In this document: positions 8,270 to 16,574 of the stretch, in pieces
How the letters are laid out: every line of letters starts with the position of its first letter
How positions within the stretch are numbered: the stretch's first letter is position 1
Assembly: GCA_964512175.1 (NCBI GenBank)
Contig: CAZEIC010000001.1
Span: 2,306 to 66,305, forward strand
Source: an uncultured Oscillospiraceae bacterium
GTDB taxonomy: Bacteria; Bacillota; Clostridia; Christensenellales; Aristaeellaceae
Direction of reading: 5' to 3'
Length of the DNA stretch: 64,000 nt
The notes under the pieces: model-generated
Told to the model about the DNA's origin: nothing
What the model saw: only the letters and a program-made list of their open reading frames with translations
Database searches by the model: none
Translations under genes and position numbers: made by a program

Positions 8270-9367
8270 ATGCGTCTTGTCACCCTTCGCCTGCACGATT
8301 TCAGGAGCTACCGGCAGATCGCGCTCACGCCGCCCGAGGGCGTGACGGTCTTTGTCGGCGAGAACGGCGCGGGCAAGACCAACCTTCTGGAGGCGGTGCA
8401 TCTGTGCTGCCTTGGGCGCAGCCACAGGACGGCGTTTGACCGCGAGCTGATTCGCCACGGGCAGGAGACCGCCGCCGTGCAGATTCGCGTCGCCCGGAAA
8501 ACGGGCGAGGACGACGTGGGCGTGCGGCTGTACGCCCAGCAGAAGCGCAAAAAGCTGCTCTATATCAACGGCAAAACGGCGACGCGCATGGGCGAATTGA
8601 TGGGGCACGTCACCTGCGTGATGTTCTCGCCCGAGGATTTGGAGCTGATCAAGGGCGCGCCGCAAATCAGGCGGCGGTTCCTCGACATGCAGCTTTCCCA
8701 GCAGCAGCCGGCGTATTTTTACGCGCTGCAAACCTATAACACCGCGCTCAAGCAGCGAAACGCGCTGCTGCGCGCCCTTCAAAAAGGCGATATGCGCGAA
8801 AACGGCGAGCTCGCCGTCTGGGACGAGCAGCTCGCGCTCGCCGCCGCGCCCGTCGTGCGCGCGCGGCAAGCCGCCGCAAGGACGCTGTGCCAGCTCGCGG
8901 CGGCGCATTACGCCTACATCTCCGGGCGCGAGGAGGAACGCTTTCATTTCCTCTATCGCGGCGCGCTCGCGGAAAGCGGCGACCCCGCCGCCGACATGCG
9001 CAAAGGGCTTGCCGCCGCGCGCGAGGAGGAAATCCGGCGCGGGATCTCGTGCTTCGGTCCGCACCGCGACGATCTGTCCTTCACGCTCTCGGGCGAAGAC
9101 CTCAAAGCCTACGGCTCGCAAGGGCAGATCCGCACGGCGGCGCTGTCGCTGCGGCTCGCGGAATTCGACGTGCTGCGCGACGCGCAGGGCGAGCCGCCGC
9201 TGTTGCTGCTGGACGACGTGCTCTCCGAGCTGGACACCTCGCGCCGCGCGCGCCTGCTCTCGCGCATCGAGGGCGCGCAGGCGATGATCACCTGCACAGA
9301 CGTATCCGACCTGACAGGCGCGAGCCCCGCGTGCGTGCTGCGCGTCAAAGGAGGCGAGCTATCATGA
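8270..9367 (+). CDS. recF: DNA replication/repair protein RecF
   Basis: The protein starts MRLVTLRLHDFRSYRQ and has Walker A GENGAGKTNLLEA, the signature YGSQGQIRTAALSLRLAE and Walker B LLLLDDVLSELD. The start at ATG 8270 is preceded by AAGGAG. Confidence 0.92.
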   Translation: MRLVTLRLHDFRSYRQIALTPPEGVTVFVGENGAGKTNLLEAVHLCCLGRSHRTAFDRELIRHGQETAAVQIRVARKTGEDDVGVRLYAQQKRKKLLYINGKTATRMGELMGHVTCVMFSPEDLELIKGAPQIRRRFLDMQLSQQQPAYFYALQTYNTALKQRNALLRALQKGDMRENGELAVWDEQLALAAAPVVRARQAAARTLCQLAAAHYAYISGREEERFHFLYRGALAESGDPAADMRKGLAAAREEEIRRGISCFGPHRDDLSFTLSGEDLKAYGSQGQIRTAALSLRLAEFDVLRDAQGEPPLLLLDDVLSELDTSRRARLLSRIEGAQAMITCTDVSDLTGASPACVLRVKGGELS

Positions 9368-10011
9368 ACATCGACCATGTGCTCTGGGACTGGAACGGCA
9401 CGATCCTCGACGACGCATGGGTCGGGCTGTCGGTCATGAACGACCTTCTGGTAAAATATGGCAAGCCCCCGCTGTCCTCGCTCGAAGACTACCGCGAGGC
9501 GTTTTGCTTTCCCGTCATCGACTATTACACGCGCGTCGGGCTGCCGCGCGAGCAGTTCGCCGTCACGTCGCTGGAATGGGTGGACGGCTATTACGCGCTG
9601 GACGACCAATGCGCGCTGCAAAAAGGCGTGCTTGCAGCGCTCGAAGCTTTCCACGCGCGCGGCGCGTCACAGGCGGTGTTGTCCGCGCAGCAAATCGACC
9701 GCCTGAAAACGCAGGCGGCGCGCTACCCCATCGGGCAGTATTTCGACGAATTCATGGGGCTTTCGCACGTCTACGCGACCAGCAAGGTGCACCTTGGCAA
9801 GGAATGGCTCGCGCGCACGGGCGCGAAACCGGAAAATACGCTATTCATCGGCGACACGCTGCACGACAAGCAAACGGCGGACGCCATCGGCTGCCGATGC
9901 GCGCTCGTTGCATGCGGGCATCAGGCGCGCGCGGCGCTGGAGAGCGCGGGCTGCCCGGTGTTTGCAGACCCCGGCGAGGTCGCGGCGCATTATTTATCGC
10001 ACGGTGCGTGA
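9364..10011 (+). CDS. HAD-superfamily hydrolase (phosphoglycolate-phosphatase-like) with a variant motif I
   Basis: Motif I reads LWDWNGTILDD, and IGDTLHD lies near the C-terminus. The ATGA start overlaps the recF stop. Confidence 0.8.
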   Translation: MNIDHVLWDWNGTILDDAWVGLSVMNDLLVKYGKPPLSSLEDYREAFCFPVIDYYTRVGLPREQFAVTSLEWVDGYYALDDQCALQKGVLAALEAFHARGASQAVLSAQQIDRLKTQAARYPIGQYFDEFMGLSHVYATSKVHLGKEWLARTGAKPENTLFIGDTLHDKQTADAIGCRCALVACGHQARAALESAGCPVFADPGEVAAHYLSHGA

Positions 10012-10064
10012 CGAAACGCGCGCAGCCTCCGTCTAATGGCTGTAACGTTACGGGAGGTTGCGCC

Positions 10065-10523
10065 ATGGACAAGGAATTCTTCGCACGGGAGGTCGAAACG
10101 CACGCCGGTATGCTCTACCGCGTGGCGTTTGCCATCCTACAAAACGACGACGCTTGCAAAGACGCGCTTCAGGATGCGGCGCTCAAAGCATGGGAAAAAC
10201 GCGCCACGCTTCGTGAAGCGCGTTATTTTCGTACGTGGATCACGCGCATTCTCATCAACGCGTGCTACGACGCGCGGCGAAAGCGCGGGCGAACCGTTTC
10301 CATCGAGGAGATTCCCGAGCCTGCCGTCCAGCCTCCGGACCCCGCGCTGGCAATCGCGCTCGGGTCGCTGCCTGAAAAATTGCGCCTGCCGTTGACGCTG
10401 TGCTATTCGGAGGGCATGACCTACGCGCAGATCGCTTCGGCGCTGCATCTTCCGCTTCCGACGGTGCGCGGCAGAATTCACCGCGCCAAGGAAGCACTGA
10501 GAAAGGAGCTGGACGCAGAATGA
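10065..10523 (+). CDS. ECF-type RNA polymerase sigma-70 family factor
   Basis: The region 2 segment reads FRTWITRILINACYDARRK. The region 4 helix-turn-helix reads MTYAQIASALHLPLPTVRGRIHRAKEALR. Confidence 0.9.
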   Translation: MDKEFFAREVETHAGMLYRVAFAILQNDDACKDALQDAALKAWEKRATLREARYFRTWITRILINACYDARRKRGRTVSIEEIPEPAVQPPDPALAIALGSLPEKLRLPLTLCYSEGMTYAQIASALHLPLPTVRGRIHRAKEALRKELDAE

Positions 10524-11614
10524 AACGCCATGATACCGTGCCGAATCTCCGCGACGCTTTCGCGCCGATTCCCGAACCGTGCAAACAAGCGCTGATGAAC
10601 GTCGCACGCTCCGTACAGGAGGAATACCCCATGAAACGGAAACCGCTTCGCGTCGCGCTGATTGCGGCGCTCATCCTCGCGGCGACCATCGCCGTCGCCT
10701 ACGCCAGCCAGCAACTGGGCTGGGTGGACTTCTTCCAAGGGTATCAAGGCGTCGGCATCCCCAAGGCGGGCGTGGAACTGCTGACCGCCACGAAACCGCA
10801 AGCCTATCAAGTCGGTCCCTTGACCTTTACGTTCAACCAGATGCTCGCGGACGGACGCATCGCGCTGTGCGCGGCGGAAATCCGCGCGACAGACCATTCC
10901 GAGGCGCTCTACGCGCCCGAAACCGACATTTTCGACCCCGTGGACGCGGGCAGCGGCGACAACGTGCTGACGCGCTACCGTTTAGCGCCGCGCACAGGCT
11001 GGTTTGAAGCCGCGAAGCAGTTGAGCCTGCCCCTGTACGCCGTCCGCGCGACGGCGGAAGTGGACGAACCGTACTCCGCCGGGGTCGCGATGTCCGACGC
11101 GCTGTGGGGCGACGACGGTTCGATCACGTTTTTCTCCATGCCCTTCACGACCCCGGAAACGACCAAGGACGCGCTTCCGGTCACGCTGAACATGCGCGTG
11201 TGGCAGTACGACCCGGCGACGGGCGAGGTCATCGCCGAGTGGGAAAGCAGCGAACCCGCGGTCGTCCCGGTATCGGCGATGATCGAGGAAAGAACCTACC
11301 TGCCGCAGGGCGAAGCGGCGCTCCACGGCTTGGCGCTGACCAGCGTCCGCGCCGAGCGCTATGTCACGGGCGTATACTTGCTCACGACCTTCACCGCGCC
11401 CGAGGGCATGGACGAGGACGAGGCGGTACGGGCGGCGTATCACGTGGCCTTCCGCGACGCGCAAGGCGTTGATTTCCCCAGCGGCATCAGCCTGTCGGGC
11501 GATGCGAACACCGACGCATTCCCCACCGTCGTATTGCAAAGCATGATCACGGCGGAGGAACTGCCGGAAAGCATGCTGCTGACGGACGACACAAACACGG
11601 TCGAGGTTCGATAA
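10520..11614 (+). CDS. Putative anti-sigma factor: short cytoplasmic N-terminus, one TM helix and a large extracytoplasmic domain
   Basis: The ATGA start overlaps the sigma gene stop. The TM segment is LRVALIAALILAATIAVAYA. The roughly 290-aa extracytoplasmic part carries no motif I can name. Confidence 0.6.
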   Translation: MKRHDTVPNLRDAFAPIPEPCKQALMNVARSVQEEYPMKRKPLRVALIAALILAATIAVAYASQQLGWVDFFQGYQGVGIPKAGVELLTATKPQAYQVGPLTFTFNQMLADGRIALCAAEIRATDHSEALYAPETDIFDPVDAGSGDNVLTRYRLAPRTGWFEAAKQLSLPLYAVRATAEVDEPYSAGVAMSDALWGDDGSITFFSMPFTTPETTKDALPVTLNMRVWQYDPATGEVIAEWESSEPAVVPVSAMIEERTYLPQGEAALHGLALTSVRAERYVTGVYLLTTFTAPEGMDEDEAVRAAYHVAFRDAQGVDFPSGISLSGDANTDAFPTVVLQSMITAEELPESMLLTDDTNTVEVR

Positions 11615-11650
11615 AAAGGCAGGGGCTGGCGCGTGCCAGCCCCCGTACTC
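11614..11650. terminator. Bidirectional hairpin between convergent genes
   Basis: The stem GGGGCTGGC-gcgt-GCCAGCCCC (11622-11643) is flanked by an A-run on the plus side, which is a T-run for the minus-strand apbE transcript. Confidence 0.6.
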
Positions 11651-12732
11651 TATTTGGACGTTGCGCCTTGCGAGCGCGCAAACGTCTTCATGCCCTCCGA
11701 CATCAGCACCGTCCTATCGGGCAGCACCCACATCGCCTCCGCGCCCGGAAAGCGCGCGAGCAATTCCAAGCCGTCCGCCTGCGGCATCAAAAACAGCGCG
11801 GTGGACAGCAAATCCGCCATGCCCGAATCGGGGTACACGACCGTCACCGCGCGGAAAAAATCAGCGGGCATCAGCGTGTCCGGCGAAATGATATGGTGAT
11901 ACTTTACGTCGTCCACGACGTAATAGCGCTGATAATCGCCCGAGGTGACGGCGGAAAGGTTGGTGAAATACAGCACGTCCAGAATATCGCTGCCGTCGGT
12001 GGCAAACAGCGCGCCGTCCGGGTCTTGTACGGTGACGCCCCAGCGCAGCCGCCCGTCCTTGGGCGGTTCGCCCGCGACGATGTTCCCGCCCGCGCTCAAG
12101 ATGAACGAGGGCATATCCGACGCCAGCAGCATATCGCCCGCAAGCTGCGCGGCGTACCCCTTGGCGACCGCGCCGAGGTCGAGCCGCAGCTTGGGATCGG
12201 CGTAATAGACCGTGCGCGCGGTTTCGTCGAGGATCACGTCGTCAAAATCCGTGTGCTCCGCCGCCGCAAGCAGCCTGTCCATCGGCGGGAGCGCGGCGCT
12301 CGCGGGGTCGTACATGCCGTCCTCGCGGTAATCATGCCAAATCGACAGCACCGCGCCCATCGCGACGTTCACCGTGCCGTACAAAAGCGGCTGCTTCTCC
12401 TTGCAGTACGCGAGCAAATCAAACAGCTCGGGCTCTACCTGCATGGGCGCGTCCATCGCGCCGCGGTTGAGCGCATAGAGGTTGTTGACCCCGGCATACG
12501 GCTGGTAATTGTCGTAGAGCTTGTGCAGCCGCGTAAACAGCGCGCGCGTTTCGCTCGCCGCGCGTTCGAACGTCGCCTGATCCTTGGCAAAGCCGATGAG
12601 CGTTATCAGCGTGTCGAAGGTATCGAAAAAGGATGTGGAAAACTTTTGATAGCCCGCGTCCGCCTCGCAGCCGCCCAGCAGCGGCGCGCAGAGCAGCACC
12701 GCGAGCGCGAGCGCCAGAATGCGTTTCCTCAT
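11650..12732 (-). CDS. apbE: FAD:protein FMN transferase (ApbE family) lipoprotein
   Basis: The lipobox is LLGGC, and the ApbE core includes AVAKGYAAQLAGDML and SGDYQRYY. The start is taken at the second ATG (12732), which has a GAGGG at suitable spacing. Confidence 0.88.
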   Translation of the reverse strand: MRKRILALALAVLLCAPLLGGCEADAGYQKFSTSFFDTFDTLITLIGFAKDQATFERAASETRALFTRLHKLYDNYQPYAGVNNLYALNRGAMDAPMQVEPELFDLLAYCKEKQPLLYGTVNVAMGAVLSIWHDYREDGMYDPASAALPPMDRLLAAAEHTDFDDVILDETARTVYYADPKLRLDLGAVAKGYAAQLAGDMLLASDMPSFILSAGGNIVAGEPPKDGRLRWGVTVQDPDGALFATDGSDILDVLYFTNLSAVTSGDYQRYYVVDDVKYHHIISPDTLMPADFFRAVTVVYPDSGMADLLSTALFLMPQADGLELLARFPGAEAMWVLPDRTVLMSEGMKTFARSQGATSK

Positions 12733-12811
12733 TATAAACATACCCTCACAAATCTACCACAAAGCGCCCGGAGCGAACACTCCGGGCGCAGCTTGTCCAT
12801 GATAACGCGAA

Positions 12812-13363
12812 TTACTTCGCGGCGGCGGCGGCTTTCTCAAGGGACTTGAGGTATTCGCCGATGGTGATGGTGCAGGTCGCCTTCAGTTCTTCAACGTCGG
12901 GAACCTGGGTGTGGTTGCCGTCGCCCTTGTCATAGGTGGGGACAGCCAGCACGTCCGCGACGGTCTTGCCGATGCACCACGCTTCCAGCGCGGCAATCTG
13001 CTCGAACCACTCGGCGCCGATGGAGGAAGCCTTACGCATGCCATACGCTTCCTGCTTTTCCATCTTGGTGAGGATCTCGGCTTCCAGATCGTTGGTCACT
13101 TCGCCCTTGGGGGAGAAGGTCACTTTGGTCTGGGTGGTGTCCCACTTGACGAACTTGATGGTGCCGTCGTCGTTGAGGACGAGCGCGCAAGAGGTGGTGT
13201 TGACCTGCGCCTGACCGTCATAATCCACGCCGTCGTCCGTCACGGCAGCCTTGAGGGAGCCGATGCTAGTAACAGTGCCCAGCCCGAAGGTTTCGGCGGA
13301 AGCGGCAAGCGCCATGCCCAGGCACAGGGTGACGACCATCAGGAGAACGAGAAGCTTCTTCAT
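12812..13363 (-). CDS. Secreted protein of unknown function
   Basis: The signal peptide is MKKLLVLLMVVTLCLGMALAASA and an AAGGAG RBS is present. I found no recognisable catalytic or flavinylation motif. Confidence 0.6.
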   Translation of the reverse strand: MKKLLVLLMVVTLCLGMALAASAETFGLGTVTSIGSLKAAVTDDGVDYDGQAQVNTTSCALVLNDDGTIKFVKWDTTQTKVTFSPKGEVTNDLEAEILTKMEKQEAYGMRKASSIGAEWFEQIAALEAWCIGKTVADVLAVPTYDKGDGNHTQVPDVEELKATCTITIGEYLKSLEKAAAAAK

Positions 13364-13470
13364 GTTTTGATACGCTCCTTGTGTTTTATTGGCGGCTCAT
13401 GACCGCTCTTTGCACATTATAAGCGAAATTGCGGTGCATTACAAGCCTTTTCTAAAAATTTACGGACAGG

Positions 13471-14268
13471 CTACATGCGCGCGGACTTTTCCGAGCAAGC
13501 CTTGACGGCGGCAATCACCGCGTCGCGGAAACCCTTTTCTTCGAGCGTGCAGACGGCTTCGATCGTCGTCCCGGCGGGCGACGTGACCATGTCGCACAGC
13601 TCGGCGGGCGATTTGCCCGTTTCGAGCGCGAGCTTGCCCGCGCCCAGCACCGTCTGGGCGATCATGCGCGTCGCCTGCTCTTTTTGCATGCCGCCGCGAA
13701 TCGCCGCCGTGCGCATAGCGTCCATCAGCAGGAACACATACGCCGGGGCGCTGCCCGATATGCCGACGACGCAATCCATCAGCGACTCCGGCACGCGCTC
13801 CACGCGCCCAAGGCACGCAAGCAGCGCGCAAACATCGGAAAACATTTCCTCCGTCACGTATTCGTTTTGACAGACGGCGATCATGCCTTCGCCCACGAGC
13901 ACCGGGGTATTGGGCATGGCGCGGATGATCGCCGCCGGAAACGCAAGCAGCGCCGACAGCCGCGCGAGCGTGAACCCGGGCGCGACGGTGACAAGCAACG
14001 TATTGTTTTTCGCGAGCGCGGGCGCGATTTGCGCGAGCGCCGCCGGGTACTGCTGGGGCTTAACGGCGAGCACGCACAGCGCGCAGGACGCGGCGGTAAG
14101 ATTGTCGCAAACGGTCACGCCGTATTCGCGCGCGAGCGCCGCCGTTTTTGCGCCGTCCGCGTCCGAAACCAGCACGCGCTCTTTGCGGACAAGCCCGCTG
14201 CTTGCCAAGCCCTTGGCAAGGCTGCCGCCCATCGCGCCGCAGCCGATCACGCCTATGGAATCGAGCAT
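13471..14268 (-). CDS. proC: Pyrroline-5-carboxylate reductase
   Basis: The start MLDSIGVIGCGAMGGSLAKGL is a Rossmann GxGxxG. The C-terminal TSPAGTTIEA motif is typical of ProC. The listed ORF has a spurious 46-codon N-terminal extension. Confidence 0.9.
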   Translation of the reverse strand: MLDSIGVIGCGAMGGSLAKGLASSGLVRKERVLVSDADGAKTAALAREYGVTVCDNLTAASCALCVLAVKPQQYPAALAQIAPALAKNNTLLVTVAPGFTLARLSALLAFPAAIIRAMPNTPVLVGEGMIAVCQNEYVTEEMFSDVCALLACLGRVERVPESLMDCVVGISGSAPAYVFLLMDAMRTAAIRGGMQKEQATRMIAQTVLGAGKLALETGKSPAELCDMVTSPAGTTIEAVCTLEEKGFRDAVIAAVKACSEKSARM

Positions 14269-14290
14269 ATCGCCGCCGCCTTTCTGATAA

Positions 14291-15196
14291 TCACGGTACG
14301 AGCGTCGCGAAGTAAATAATGTCGGGCACGGAGCGCTTGAGCGGATTGCCCGGAGAGTTGATTTTCTTGTTCTGGAAAACCAGCGTGTTCGACGAGCCGC
14401 CGTCAAGGTTGTAGGCGATACGCACGCCCGTTTCGGACAGCGACGCGCCGATTTTCTGGACGGTCTTGGCGAACTGCGGAATCGTCATGCCGGTCTCGTC
14501 CGGGTCTTCCGGGCCTTCGGAGGAGACGATCAGGTATTCCAGCTTACCAAGCTGCGCGATGCACGCGCGCTGCGCCTGATTTTGCGCGCCGACGTTCTCA
14601 TAATTGATGAAATCCGACACCGCGACCTCTCCGTTCTCCACGAGGATCGGGCCGAAGGAGAACGTGTTCCAAATCGTCACGCCGTCTGGCAGCGCCGCCA
14701 TGAACGCTTCGACCGCGCGCTTGTTGGCGGCGAAAACGCCGTGCATGTCGCCGTTGGAATCCACCAGCAGCAAGTCCTCCCGGATGGGGCTGTTGCGATA
14801 GTTCTTCCCTTGGCGGATGATGAACCCCGCCTTGCGGCGCAGGTAGCTGTCGCCGTTGATGGCGACCACGGCGTTGTGCTTCTTGGCGATATCGCTCGCC
14901 ATCAGCGGGTCGCACTTATAAAAGCTCGACGCGGGCGCGGTGCGAAGCTGCGTGGGGTCGGCAATCTTGATGTGCGCGTACATGTACACCGTGTCATACT
15001 CGCGCCCCTCGCCGATGACCACGGAAATGGAAGCGTCCTTATACTCGCGGTCGGACAGATAATTCTCGGCTTTCGGCGGATGCCCGCCCGACAAATCAAC
15101 CTTCAGGGGCGCAAGCTCGCCCTCCGCCGCGCCGAAGCCCGCGAGCGCGGAAAGCAGCAATGCGATTGCAAGGATACGCCGGATGCCAAGGTGCAT
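14291..15196 (-). CDS. Secreted phosphodiester glycosidase family protein (NAGPA / DUF2233-like)
   Basis: A signal peptide (MHLGIRRILAIALLLSALAGFGAA) is followed by AINGDSY...LLLVD...FGPILVENG...AYNLDGGSS, the pattern of uncovering-enzyme-like domains. An AAGGAGGG RBS is present. Confidence 0.75.
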   Translation of the reverse strand: MHLGIRRILAIALLLSALAGFGAAEGELAPLKVDLSGGHPPKAENYLSDREYKDASISVVIGEGREYDTVYMYAHIKIADPTQLRTAPASSFYKCDPLMASDIAKKHNAVVAINGDSYLRRKAGFIIRQGKNYRNSPIREDLLLVDSNGDMHGVFAANKRAVEAFMAALPDGVTIWNTFSFGPILVENGEVAVSDFINYENVGAQNQAQRACIAQLGKLEYLIVSSEGPEDPDETGMTIPQFAKTVQKIGASLSETGVRIAYNLDGGSSNTLVFQNKKINSPGNPLKRSVPDIIYFATLVP

Positions 15197-15218
15197 GGTG
15201 TGTCCCTCCTTATGATGA

Positions 15219-16484
15219 TTACGGGGCGACCTTAAGCGACGTGCCAAAGCCGATGAGGCTGGTGACGCTGCGCGTCATGCCGCCGCCCGCGGTGTTCGCC
15301 GTGCCGCCCTTGTTGAGGCGCTCGCCCATGAAGACCAACGAAACCGTGCCGCCGCCGTCAAGGTTGAGCGCTTCCGTGACCCCCAGCGCGCGCATGCGGT
15401 CCGCCATCCAGTAGAAATGCGCGCCGTCCGACGTTTTCGTGCGGCCGTTGACCGTCAGAAGAATGTAGTGGTACGGCTCGATCATGCCGATGGCGCAGCG
15501 CGGCTCTTTGCGGAAGTTGTAGTCAACGTCGGCGGCATACTTGCCGTATTCGCCGTCCGTGAGCAGCACGGGCCCGAACGCCAGCGTGTGCACCGCGCCC
15601 ATCGCAAGGTATTCCTCGCCCGTGTGCGCGTCGCTGGCGAAGGCTTTCATGCTGCCGTCACTTAGCACCGCCATGACTTCGAGGTTGGGCAGTTTGTCGG
15701 TCGCGCCCGAACGGTAGGTTCTGTCGCTGAGCAGCTCGCCGTCGCGGATGACGATGCCCTGCATGATGCCGTACTGCCTGCGATGCCCGAAATAGTCGTC
15801 GGTGATGCCCAGCACGAGGTTGTTTTGCTTGGCGATGTCCACCGGCATGACGAAGGCGTAATAGCCCTTTTTGGTCTTCTCCGTCAGGCACGAGCGCAGG
15901 AAGGATTCCTCGCTCGCGTAGACCTCGCTCTCGAACCAGACGATAGGCTCGTTCGGGTCGGAAAAGCGCTTGATCTCGATGTGCAGAGAGTCGGAAATAT
16001 AGTACCAGTGCCCGTCCTCGTCGTCGGCAAACACGAACTCGCCGCCCGCCTCCGTCAAGAAGCCGCGCTCGTCCAGCGGCGGCAGCTCGGGCGCGGTGAC
16101 AGGCGCGACGACGGGCTTTCTTTGCGGCACGGTCTTGCCCGGGATAGCGGCATCGGAATAGATGAGCGCCTGCGTTTCGGGCGTGGCGTCGCCCGTCGCG
16201 GGCAGACCGTTGCTTTTCTGGAACTCTTTGACGCGCTTGGTCATGGTGGCGTTATACTTATGCGACAGGTTGTCGTAGGAACTAAAGTACCCCAGCCAGT
16301 ACAGGCGCTGTTTGAGCTTGAGCACGGAAATGCCCTCGTCGCCCTGCTCGAGCAGGGAATATGCCTGCGCGGGCGCTTCCGCCGTCTCGACAAGGCTCGC
16401 GCACGGCGCGCACAGCAGCGCCAACAGCAAGGCGACACACCCGATTCGCCGCGCCGCGCGGGAAAAGTCCGTCCATCCAATCAT
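15219..16484 (-). CDS. Secreted peptidoglycan-binding (PG_binding_1) domain fused to a phosphodiester glycosidase (NAGPA / DUF2233-like) domain
   Basis: The PG-binding repeat reads VLKLKQRLYWLGYF...KRVKEFQKSNGLPATGDATPET. The C-terminal part (FGPVLLTDGE ... ALNLDGGGT) is paralogous to the neighbouring gene. Confidence 0.75.
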   Translation of the reverse strand: MIGWTDFSRAARRIGCVALLLALLCAPCASLVETAEAPAQAYSLLEQGDEGISVLKLKQRLYWLGYFSSYDNLSHKYNATMTKRVKEFQKSNGLPATGDATPETQALIYSDAAIPGKTVPQRKPVVAPVTAPELPPLDERGFLTEAGGEFVFADDEDGHWYYISDSLHIEIKRFSDPNEPIVWFESEVYASEESFLRSCLTEKTKKGYYAFVMPVDIAKQNNLVLGITDDYFGHRRQYGIMQGIVIRDGELLSDRTYRSGATDKLPNLEVMAVLSDGSMKAFASDAHTGEEYLAMGAVHTLAFGPVLLTDGEYGKYAADVDYNFRKEPRCAIGMIEPYHYILLTVNGRTKTSDGAHFYWMADRMRALGVTEALNLDGGGTVSLVFMGERLNKGGTANTAGGGMTRSVTSLIGFGTSLKVAP

Positions 16485-16574
16485 GTGCGTTCATCCTGTT
16501 TCCGTGCGCATGGCGCACTGTTTTTCCGTCAAATTATAGCCAATGCGGAAAGCAATGTCAACCCGCGCGAACGC

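Noticed and set aside
12812-13363. Calling the ApbE neighbour an FMN-binding (flavinylated) protein
   Set aside because: I searched the translation for the D-x-x-(S/T)-G-A-(S/T) acceptor motif and found none, so the call is not supported. The protein is left as a secreted protein of unknown function.
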